The translations under genes and the position numbers were made by a program. This document shows, piece after piece, positions 19,086-28,300 of a stretch of DNA of 55,791 nucleotides; position 1 is the first letter of the stretch, and the number at the start of each line of letters is the position of its first letter. The notes beneath the pieces were generated by a model, which did not search any database, was not told the origin of the DNA, and saw only the letters and a list, made by a program, of their open reading frames with translations. The DNA lies in NCBI GenBank assembly GCA_964372075.1, contig CAYJPR010000001.1, positions 1-55,791 on the forward strand, read 5' to 3'. This DNA is from an uncultured Desulfovibrionaceae bacterium (GTDB taxonomy: Bacteria > Desulfobacterota > Desulfovibrionia > Desulfovibrionales > Desulfovibrionaceae).

Positions 19086-21902
19086 TTATGAATGTGTGTT
19101 TATATAAGTTTGCATCTCTTGCGCCAAAGCTTGTGTTGTCCTTTCTAATTGTTGCATAATTATATCTAGCTCTTTATGGAAACCTTGTAAGGTATTGCTC
19201 CTTCCCATTTGTTCCAACTCAAGAGTATAAGTGTAAACCTCAGACTTGGTATAGTACCCAGTAAGTCCTTTCAATGTATGAGCAGATTCCATAAGAAGTA
19301 CGGCATCTTGCGCCTCTATGGCATTTTTAATCTTTTCTACAAGCAATGGCATGTCTCGCAGATAAATATTCATACTCATTGTGGTAAGGGCAATATCGCC
19401 GCCAAAAGAGCGTTGAAGAGCGTCCATATCTAAGAAGGTGCCCGATGGGCCCGATGGGCTCGACGTATCTGTCGAAACGCTTTGCAATACATCAGTAACA
19501 GGCTCTACTTCCACAACTTCTTCCAAAGCCGAAGCTTTCTTTATACCTAACTCAAATCGTTCAATCAGCTCTTCAAGGCTTTCTATTAAGCTTACAAAAG
19601 TTATGGGTTTTGACACATAACCATCCATACCACAGGCCAAGTAGCGTTCTTTATCTCCCTTAAGGGCATTGGCTGTCATGGCAACTATGGGAACATGCGT
19701 ACCATGCCCCTCGCGGATTTCCTTTTCGCGAATATGTACCACAGCTTGCACCCCATCCATGACAGGCATTTGAATATCCATGAGTATAATATCAAAAGTA
19801 CTATTTTGTAAAATATCCAATGCATCTTGCCCATGATTGGCAATGGTTACCGTATGCCCTAATTTATGAAGCATGCCCTTGGCTACAAGTTGATTCATTT
19901 CCATATCTTCCACGAGTAAGATATTAAGGGAAATGCTGGAAACGTCCATAGTCTTTTGATACGCAGGTTTTGCTTCATCCACAGCTATACCGCTCGCAAT
20001 ATGTAGCATGGCAAAAAACAAATCTGTAGAACGCACAGGCTTTCTCAACGTTCGTGCAAAAAGAACTTTCTCTTCTTCGCTGGGAAAATCTCCAGACGTG
20101 AGTAGTATTATAGGAATATGACGTAACAGCGCATCATTTTTTACAGCCTTGCCAAAATCAATACCGTCTTTTTCCGGCATTTGCATATCAGATAAAATAA
20201 AGTAAAATTCATCTCCATCTTGGTGAGCTTTGCGCAGTATTTCAAGAGCCTCATCTACATGGGTGCTCTCCACAGGACGCATATACCAATGGGACAATTG
20301 GTCTAGAAGAATATGACGATTGGTCTTATTGTCGTCCAGCACCAACACGCGCAAATCATGTAACATTTCAGAAGAACTTACAAAATACTCTTGCTGGGCA
20401 TCTTTATCCCAAGGGAAAGAAAGGGCAAAGGCAAAAACACTTCCCTCACCTGCCTGACTTTGAACTTGTAATCGCCCTCCCATAAGCTCCACTAACTTAT
20501 GAGAGATGGATAAACCAAGGCCCGTGCCCCCATATTTACGGGTTGTAGAACTATCCACCTGCTCAAATGCAGAAAATATTTTGGCTAATTTTTCTGGCGG
20601 AATACCAATTCCCGTGTCCTTAATACGAAATTGTACAGTGACAATATCTTCATCTTTTTTAAGCACATCAACCAATAAGCCCACTTCACCTTTCTCGGTA
20701 AACTTAATGGCATTGTTCACAAGATTGAGCAAAACTTGACGCAAGCGCAATGCGTCCCCACGCACATAGGGCGGTGCATCAGGAGCAATACGCACAGGAA
20801 ATTCTAAATTTTTAGCATGGGCTACGGACGCTAAATCTTGCATGACATCATACACAACGTCGTAGAGAGGGAAGGTTTCCGTCTCCAAGGTAAGCTTGCC
20901 GGCTTCAATTTTTGAAAAATCTAAAATATCGTTCAATACATTGAGCAAACTATTGCCGGCCTTTTGAATACGTAAAACAGTAGCGTGTTGCTCTGTATTA
21001 AGCGAGGTATGCGAAAGAATTTCAGCCATACCTAAAACACCATTAAGCGGTGTACGTACTTCATGACTCATATTAGCCAAGAATTCGCTTTTACTTTTAC
21101 TCGCCTTTTCCGCCACTTCTACCGCAATATCTTTTTTTCTGAGAAGCGAAATATAATTTTTAAGCTTTTGCCCACCCCAAATAAATAGACAACAAATAAC
21201 TAACCATACAGCCATGTAAAAAAGGAGCAAGACCTGGATAGCGCTCTCTTCTTTAGCTAAGGGTTCCTCTAAAGATACAGACACGCTTATAAGGCCCACC
21301 CAATCACCAACACGACTATCAATATGGCACGATATACATGGTTCCTTGGCAGGAACAGGTGCCAAAAAACGCATAAAAGGCTGCTCTTGTATGTCATTCA
21401 CCTCGTAGATCATTTTCTTTTCAGCATTTTGCAATTTAGTATACGCTTGCTCTTCCCACGCATCAGCTTTTTCCTGCGCTTGGTCTAACTCTAAGGGTAA
21501 AAGCCGACTAAATACTTTGGTGTCTTCGTTGTATTTATAGGTAAAATTAAGGAGTTTTGGAGGATTATACTTGATAAAATTCCAGTAGTTTGAGCTAGAA
21601 GAAGAGTTCCTTTGTCCATTAACAGGTGGCGTATACATATAGCCCATTTCAGCCACAGCCATAAGAAGGTAAAAATCCTTCACCATGGAGGTTCGCGCCT
21701 GCATATAGGTGTTGTATAAGGTAAACTCTTTAATTTTTTGTATGTTGTACGTGGCAGAAGCTATGGTCAATGCTGTCACAATGCCAATAACACAAAAAAC
21801 AAAAAATGAAATATGTTTGCGCTCTGCCTTTTTGGAAGAGGCAAAGGAGGGAGAGGTAGTTTCATCTTCTGTAGCAGGCGGTGTAAGGATTTTTTTGGCC
21901 AT
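19086..21902 (-). CDS. hybrid sensor histidine kinase: heme-c (CxxCH) periplasmic sensor, HisKA, HATPase, two REC domains and Hpt
   Basis: The TM1-periplasmic domain carries CISCH (codons at 21324-21338) in a DUF3365/Tll0287-like context (ADAWE...F.RFLAP......C..CH....VGD..G.ISVSV). H-box SHEVRTPLNG. G-box GGTGLGLSI. Two receiver domains follow, and the C-terminal Hpt has HTLKG. Confidence 0.9.
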   Translation of the reverse strand: MAKKILTPPATEDETTSPSFASSKKAERKHISFFVFCVIGIVTALTIASATYNIQKIKEFTLYNTYMQARTSMVKDFYLLMAVAEMGYMYTPPVNGQRNSSSSSNYWNFIKYNPPKLLNFTYKYNEDTKVFSRLLPLELDQAQEKADAWEEQAYTKLQNAEKKMIYEVNDIQEQPFMRFLAPVPAKEPCISCHIDSRVGDWVGLISVSVSLEEPLAKEESAIQVLLLFYMAVWLVICCLFIWGGQKLKNYISLLRKKDIAVEVAEKASKSKSEFLANMSHEVRTPLNGVLGMAEILSHTSLNTEQHATVLRIQKAGNSLLNVLNDILDFSKIEAGKLTLETETFPLYDVVYDVMQDLASVAHAKNLEFPVRIAPDAPPYVRGDALRLRQVLLNLVNNAIKFTEKGEVGLLVDVLKKDEDIVTVQFRIKDTGIGIPPEKLAKIFSAFEQVDSSTTRKYGGTGLGLSISHKLVELMGGRLQVQSQAGEGSVFAFALSFPWDKDAQQEYFVSSSEMLHDLRVLVLDDNKTNRHILLDQLSHWYMRPVESTHVDEALEILRKAHQDGDEFYFILSDMQMPEKDGIDFGKAVKNDALLRHIPIILLTSGDFPSEEEKVLFARTLRKPVRSTDLFFAMLHIASGIAVDEAKPAYQKTMDVSSISLNILLVEDMEMNQLVAKGMLHKLGHTVTIANHGQDALDILQNSTFDIILMDIQMPVMDGVQAVVHIREKEIREGHGTHVPIVAMTANALKGDKERYLACGMDGYVSKPITFVSLIESLEELIERFELGIKKASALEEVVEVEPVTDVLQSVSTDTSSPSGPSGTFLDMDALQRSFGGDIALTTMSMNIYLRDMPLLVEKIKNAIEAQDAVLLMESAHTLKGLTGYYTKSEVYTYTLELEQMGRSNTLQGFHKELDIIMQQLERTTQALAQEMQTYINTHS

Positions 21903-21949
21903 CTGAGCCTCCTTATAAGCATATACATACTCACATCTAATTCATTTAA

Positions 21950-22798
21950 TTAGGGCTTTGGTGGCCCCGGAAATTTTTGTCGCGCTTCTTCTTTATAGAT
22001 TTCTACTTCGCTACCATATTTTGAAGAGTGTTCATCAAGAACGTATTTGAGCTCTTCTGCTTTTTTTTCGACATAGTCAAAACGCATATCTTCAATTTTT
22101 TTCATTTTTTCTTCGTAAATTTTAAATTTTGCGTATCTTTCATTAAATTCATGACTTTCCCCGCATATCGCTTCTAAGTTTTTTAAAATAAATTCAAAAT
22201 CATTCAAGATAGTTATCAATTGTTTTACAGCTGGGGTAGTGTCATCAATTTCCTCAGCATGGGAAAATTGAACATCTAAATTTTGTAATATTTTTCCATA
22301 CATTATTTCATGATAAAAGGCTTTTTTGACAAAAAACTCTCCCCAAAAAATACGTGCATTCCTTTTGCGTTTTATATCTGCAGAAGAATTAATGTTTTCT
22401 TCAACCTTCATACCAAAGGGAACAACGGCACAAAAATACATGGCGGAAAAAGACATCATGGGAACAAGAATATTTATAATAAGATTTCTAAATCCGTACA
22501 GATGATAAAAGTGCATCATGGAAAATATCCATACCAATAAGAAAGCTACGCTATGCACGGCCGAGTAAAAGCGTAATGTGTCGTACACGCTGTGTGAGGA
22601 ACGAGCCAAGACAAATAAAAGATAATAAAAACTCAAGCCGCATATGGCTGCAAAACAGGCACTGCTTATGGCAAATACTAAGAATAAAGGTATACTTTCT
22701 ATAGCGTCCATATAGCTAAATATTGCCATATATAAGAGAAAAGAAAGCGCAAAAAGTAAGACAGCTATGGCAGATTCTGTAAAAAATGTCTTTTTCAT
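21950..22798 (-). CDS. hypothetical polytopic membrane protein with a cytoplasmic helical C-terminal domain
   Basis: 282 aa with 4-5 N-terminal TM helices and a K/E-rich helical tail. The DNA is very AT-rich. I recognised no family. Confidence 0.55.
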   Translation of the reverse strand: MKKTFFTESAIAVLLFALSFLLYMAIFSYMDAIESIPLFLVFAISSACFAAICGLSFYYLLFVLARSSHSVYDTLRFYSAVHSVAFLLVWIFSMMHFYHLYGFRNLIINILVPMMSFSAMYFCAVVPFGMKVEENINSSADIKRKRNARIFWGEFFVKKAFYHEIMYGKILQNLDVQFSHAEEIDDTTPAVKQLITILNDFEFILKNLEAICGESHEFNERYAKFKIYEEKMKKIEDMRFDYVEKKAEELKYVLDEHSSKYGSEVEIYKEEARQKFPGPPKP

Positions 22799-22808
22799 AA
22801 ATTCACCA

Positions 22809-23453
22809 TTAGCTATTCCTACGGGCTTGTTCTTCTATACCTTTAGCATACAGCCGGTCTCGATAGGCTTCATCTCGTCTCTTGTTATAATCTATAATTT
22901 GCTGCCATCTTTCCATTTCTTCCTTATCTATTTGCTGCCTGACAGTTAATCTTTCTTTAGGCTTTTCAGGCTCACCCATCAGCTTGTCATAGACATACAG
23001 CAATGCTAATAGACTACCCAGCACAAACTTGATACCGCTTGGCACATCGTCAGACACAAAGGCATATATGATAAGAACAGACAATGATATAAATGAGATA
23101 ATGTAGAAAACAAATTTAACTATACTTATAGTATAAATAGATAATATTTTATTTGAATGTTTTAAACGTGAGGAAAGAGTATATACAACCATACTATAAA
23201 AAACTGTGGTAAACAAAAAAGCGTATAGCGAATCTGGAAGAAATCCTAGTAAAAACAATAAAACATAGGCTACAGCACCGATAGAAAATACTACTTTTTG
23301 AAACTTATCAAGCTGTAGAGACTGTTTAGGAGAAGCGCTATCTTTTTTATAAAAATTATCTTTGGAAATTTTTAATTCTTCCGCATGAAATGTTATGGCG
23401 CCAATAAGCTCTTCACCTCTATTTTGCAAAGCATTATAGTCATTTTTATTCAT
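22809..23453 (-). CDS. hypothetical four-TM membrane protein
   Basis: 214 aa with a soluble N-terminus, four hydrophobic helices and a charged tail. The DNA is very AT-rich (9 G/C in 23101-23160 by my count). It lies 10 nt upstream of the next gene. Confidence 0.55.
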   Translation of the reverse strand: MNKNDYNALQNRGEELIGAITFHAEELKISKDNFYKKDSASPKQSLQLDKFQKVVFSIGAVAYVLLFLLGFLPDSLYAFLFTTVFYSMVVYTLSSRLKHSNKILSIYTISIVKFVFYIISFISLSVLIIYAFVSDDVPSGIKFVLGSLLALLYVYDKLMGEPEKPKERLTVRQQIDKEEMERWQQIIDYNKRRDEAYRDRLYAKGIEEQARRNS

Positions 23454-23525
23454 AACACATCACCCTTTGATTTTTGCTATGCACTATGGCACCGCCTTAA
23501 AAAAGACGGTGCCCGACCTTTCTGC

Positions 23526-24137
23526 TTATTTTTTTCTGAATAATACTTGTGCTGCGGGCACGGGGGCATTATCTGTGGGGCTTTTTATGCGCAGTTCGAA
23601 GCCGCTGCCTCTATTCGCACCGCCAGTAGCTTTCAAGTTTCGGTATGCACCTGTAGCAAATCTAAATTCTACAGGATGTATGCCGGGCTCTAGCTCAACA
23701 TTACCCACTATAGTGCCGTCACCTTCGTAACCATTGGCTACTGATTTTCCATTTACATATATAGCGCTATAATTATCCCACCCTTTTGTGTTTATCATAA
23801 GCACATAATAGCCTTTCTTTTCTGCCACAATATAGGCTTGGCCTTGCCAGCCAATGCTTTTATTCTGAATGGGAAAGCCTAAAGACTTCTGATAATCATT
23901 AACCATGGCGCCAGAACTTTGGGCTTTAAAGCTACCCATAGATGCGGGAGGGAAGTTTGTTACATTCTCACCTTTGGAAAAGGCATAAATATTGGCCACC
24001 CAGCCGGGTTCCAAATCGTTACGCTTAATATCGCCGGATTTTTCTTCCATTTGTGGCACTTCGGAGGCATTTACAGGTGCTATGGCAGCAATCACAAAAA
24101 GAGCAGTCAGCATAAATCCAAAAAATTTCTTTAACAT
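23526..24137 (-). CDS. secreted PA14-like beta-sandwich protein
   Basis: Start moved to ATG 24137 (MLKKFFGF...), which has GGAGA 5 nt upstream. Signal peptide ends in VNASE. The PA14-like pattern reads GW.ANIYAF, IGWQGQAYIVAEKKGYYVLMI, AIYVNGKSV, VELEPGIHPVEFRF, GFELRIKSP. Confidence 0.5.
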   Translation of the reverse strand: MLKKFFGFMLTALFVIAAIAPVNASEVPQMEEKSGDIKRNDLEPGWVANIYAFSKGENVTNFPPASMGSFKAQSSGAMVNDYQKSLGFPIQNKSIGWQGQAYIVAEKKGYYVLMINTKGWDNYSAIYVNGKSVANGYEGDGTIVGNVELEPGIHPVEFRFATGAYRNLKATGGANRGSGFELRIKSPTDNAPVPAAQVLFRKK

Positions 24138-24204
24138 GTTATTCTCCAATTCTACGTTATAGTTACCTATTTCATCGGCAAAAGCTCTTTTGCCGCTCCC
24201 CACC

Positions 24205-25290
24205 CTATTTTTCTATTATGGAATACGTACGCGAACCATCTTTATGGAAGAAGATAACACGTAGACGTATGTTCGCATCATTCACGGACCCATTATCTTG
24301 TAGCACAAGTTCCAACGGTGTGGCCTTACTCACATCAAGACTAAAGGAGGCGTCACCAGCATTGAGTAACTTACCATTATGCATAACCCCCAGCACGCCC
24401 AGTGCCTTGATTTTCACATCCTTGGTTTTCCAAGAGGGGTTTTGGCTGTCGGTGGTTTCTATGCGCACTGCCACCAGCGGGCTGGGGCTTAAAGCTAATA
24501 CTCGAATGCCTGTGTCGGGCTTTTTATCCGGTGCAAAAGCCGTAAGGCTCATGGTGTCCGTGCTCAAGACCATAGGCACAGCACGGCCCGGTTTTCCCAC
24601 TGCAGGCGCTGTGGGGTTCACAGGTTTTTTTTCATTTATTTTGCCCTTGTGTTCAGGAAGCTTAGCCGCCTCGCCTTTCATGGAGTCCCACATGGCTTGT
24701 TGCGTGGCCTGGGGCACGGGCTTCCACTGCGCCTTGGGGCTTATGGCAGGGAAATTTTCCCATTGCCATTTGCCATTGCCAAGATCTTTGGGCTTAGGTT
24801 GCGAGCCAAAGCGTTGAAACTTATTTTTGCCTATTTCCATGCCGGCTGTGCGCACCATAATACGCATATTGCCTGCTATGGCTTGTTGCACAAGATAGGC
24901 CTGCTCAGCACTTAAGTAAAATTCCCATTCAAAGCTTTCACTGGCGTTGGGCTTGATTTCGTCATCTATAGAGATTTTGCTAAGCCAATGCTTCCACTCT
25001 CCATCCTCCGTATCGGCAAAGTAAAAGAGAAATTTTGTAGGTAGTACTGGCGCTGTATGCGTATTTTTCACCGTAGCTTTTATACGCAAAAGTTCATTGC
25101 CACCTTGTGACTTGGCAGTTTCGTAGCCGCCGTCCGTCACTTGCAAAAGATCAAGTACGGCATTGCTATTGGTTTGCGCTGCCAAAACAGCCACATCAAC
25201 CTTTTGCTCTTCTGCAGCCCCTACCAAAACAGGAGCCGCAAGCAAAAAGCCTGTCATGACTAGTCCCAACATATTTTTTTGCATATCCAT
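24205..25290 (-). CDS. secreted two-domain protein, stand-alone paralog of the giant protein's C-terminal module
   Basis: A signal peptide (LLAAPVLVGAAEE) is followed by collinear similarity to residues ~1053-1430 of the upstream 1430-aa ORF (AAQT.SNAVLDLLQVT..., FEWEF, RLRVIFFHKDGSRTYSII). The start may be the third codon (ATG 25284). Confidence 0.8.
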   Translation of the reverse strand: MDMQKNMLGLVMTGFLLAAPVLVGAAEEQKVDVAVLAAQTNSNAVLDLLQVTDGGYETAKSQGGNELLRIKATVKNTHTAPVLPTKFLFYFADTEDGEWKHWLSKISIDDEIKPNASESFEWEFYLSAEQAYLVQQAIAGNMRIMVRTAGMEIGKNKFQRFGSQPKPKDLGNGKWQWENFPAISPKAQWKPVPQATQQAMWDSMKGEAAKLPEHKGKINEKKPVNPTAPAVGKPGRAVPMVLSTDTMSLTAFAPDKKPDTGIRVLALSPSPLVAVRIETTDSQNPSWKTKDVKIKALGVLGVMHNGKLLNAGDASFSLDVSKATPLELVLQDNGSVNDANIRLRVIFFHKDGSRTYSIIEK

Positions 25291-25320
25291 TCCTATTTTT
25301 ACAATTTTAGAAACAGTGTA

Positions 25321-28300
25321 TTAGCGTTGTATTATGGAATACGTACGCGAACCATCCTTATGGAAGAAGATAACACGTAAACGTATTTTAACATTACTAA
25401 TATTACCATTATCCTGCATAACGAGATCTAAAGACACAGGCTTAGAAACATCCACACTGAAAACCGCATCATTGGCGTTGATAGCTTTGCCATCTTGCAT
25501 TACAGATAACACACCTACAGCCTTAGTCTTAACACTTTGTGTTTTCCACGAGGCATTGCCAGCACCAATACTCTCCACACGTACACCCACCAAGGGGCTT
25601 TTGCCATGAGCCAGCACGCGTATGCTCGAATCAGGCTTACCATCGGGCGCAAAGGCGCTGAGGCTCATGGTATCCGTAGTTGTGGCTACAATAACAGCCT
25701 TGCCGGGTTTTTTGGGCGCAGGGGCTGTGGGTTGAGCATCAGTTTTGGCAGACGTAACAGGTGCAGGCTTAACTTCGGCTTTAACTGGGGCTTTTGGCTT
25801 AGCCTCAGCTTTAGCTTCTGGCTTAGCCTCAGCTTTCACTTCTGGCTTGGTTTCAGTTTGAGCAGACGTCTCAGCTTTAGTCGCCACAGTAGCTACTTTA
25901 GGTATACTATTTATGGCACCTCTATGTGCAACCACAGCTGCTTTACTCTTTTTCATGCTCTCCCAAAGAGCCTTTTGTGCATTTTCCTCTGCACTTTTCC
26001 ACTGTGGTATAGGTTTTACGGGTGCAAACTTAGCCAATTGCCACATGCCGTCAGGTAATTGTTTGGGGTCTACCATGGTGCCGAAGCGCTTATACGTAGT
26101 CTTGTTTATAATAGCTTCGGAAGTACGCACCATAAAATGCATTTTTCCGGCTTCCACTTGTTGTAAAAGATACGCTTCTTTTTCATTGGGGAAAAATTCC
26201 CATTCAAAGGTCTGCGTAGCGCCAGGTTTAATATTTTCTGAAGTAACTTTAGTAACCCAAGGCAACCAACCTTGGCCCTCAGCATCTTCAAAAAACATCA
26301 TAAACCTTACTGGCTTTATAGCTTGTTCTGTTTTATTTTGTACGGTTGCTTGCACACGTAATTGCACCGTGCCTTTTTCTGTTTTAAATACTTCATAGGC
26401 TCCGCCAGTAACTTGTAATAAATCCAATACGGCATTACTGGTTGTTTGCGCAGCCACTGAGCGCAAGAGGGCTTTTTTGCTATTGGCAAGCTCTTTTTCC
26501 CGATCAGGGAAACGCTGTCTAAACTGCCCTCTTTGAACAGCACTAAGCTCCCCTACTATGCCTTGCAAAACATATTTCTTATCTTTTTGTACAAAAAGTA
26601 GATTGTTTTTAGCAGTTTCCAGCATAAGCATTTCTGGGGTGAGGATATGCACACTGCTTCTTTCAAGTGTGCTTGGAGTAATTTCCAACTTACCTACAGT
26701 AAACTTACCATGCCCTGATACAGATTTAACTATCTGATCGCTTTGTTCCGTATATACTTTCTTTTCGAAAAGCTCGTTATGACTCTGCTCTTCTAAACCG
26801 CTAGCTCTATCTTGCAGGTTTTTCCACGAAACAAGGTTTGGCACATTGACGAATTGTAAAAATTCCTGACCATTTTTAGTACTCAAAGCCTCCACCATAA
26901 ACATAAGTTTTTGGCGGGGTTCATCTAGCTTATAATTGGCCACAAGTTGCTTCCATGCTTGCGCCATAGCATTGCCACTTGTTGTAAAAATAGAGATGTC
27001 TTTGTTTGGCGGAGCTATAAGCTTGTATGTTCCGTCAAAAAGAACAAAGAGCACAGCCCTATTCCCACTACTTGTAGGTAAGGTGCCAAGTACTATTTTA
27101 TCTTTCTCATTAAGGAAGGAAAAGACGGCTTTTTTCCAAGCTTCAGCATCCCACACGGCCTCTAAGCCGCTAGGAGCCGTACCTGTAGTTATACTTTGCT
27201 TGAAATGCTCTTGCGTAGAGTACAGAGGTGCCAATTGAGAGCGCAATTTACTTCTAAGCCTATCTTGCTCATTCAGTGAAAGTATACTCATGGCAGGTTC
27301 CATATACTTCACCGCCAAGGGAACATTTTTTTCCGTAATGGCCTTTACAATGTTGGCTGTGGCTTCTTGCATTTTTTTCTGCATATCAGCTAGCGATTTT
27401 TGCTTACGGGCTTCTTCCTTGGCTATTTCTTCTTCTAAAATTTTAACGCGAGCATTCACGCCTGCTTGCCAATTTTCAGGACGTTTTAAAGACTCTTCCA
27501 AGGAGGCATGGCGCACGATTTTCCACGCATCATTTTCTGCTTTACGTTGCAGTAAAAGATAAATAAATTGTTCCGTCAAATTCACGACAGCTTCTAAAGG
27601 TGTTGTTTGAACAAAAACAACCTCAGAGAGACCTTTACTTAAAGGCGTCTTGCTCTTCCATTTGCCCGTACTTACTTGCTCTAAAAAAGCCTTCACATCG
27701 GCATTGGTCTTAGCATTGACGGCCATGGCCTGAGCTGTTTTTTCAAGATCGCCATTATCGCGCAAGAAGGAGGGCAAGTCTATATATTGCTCAAAAACTG
27801 TAGGATCTTTGGCTGTATAAGCTTTTTGCAAAGCAGTAAGAACTTCTTGCACAGAGTTTTTTAAAGCAAATTCTATTTCATATTCTTTGACAAGCTCAGC
27901 TAACTTAGTATCCCAATCTTTAGGGCGAGCTAAGCCCCCTGCAGTACTAATTCGCGCTAGCTTCCACGGTTCATCCCCTTTTTTTCTCTCAAAAAGATAA
28001 AAAGAATCATCTTCTCTTAGATGCGTCACAACTTCTAATTCATCCACAAAGAAAATATCTAAATTTTTCAAGCTAAATTTAGACGTCCCATTACGAATTT
28101 CATCAAGAAATTTATTTACGTCAGCATTACTCTTACCATATTTGGCTATGGCGATAGCTGTTTCATTTAAATCCCCGCTATCGCGAATAACCATAGGTAG
28201 TGCAAGGTGTTTTTCAAATACCTCTGGAGCGTTGTTAACTATAGCCTTATTAAGCTCAGCTATAATATCTTTAACTTCCTTCTCCCATTTGGCTTCATTA

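Noticed and set aside
23488-23513. Hairpins after the PA14-like gene (GGCACCG/CGGUGCC with a 12-nt loop) and after the 361-aa gene (24177-24194), considered as terminators that would split the cluster.
   Set aside because: The stems are short, the loops are too large or too small, and no U-run follows on the coding strand. They may modulate mRNA stability, but I cannot call them terminators.
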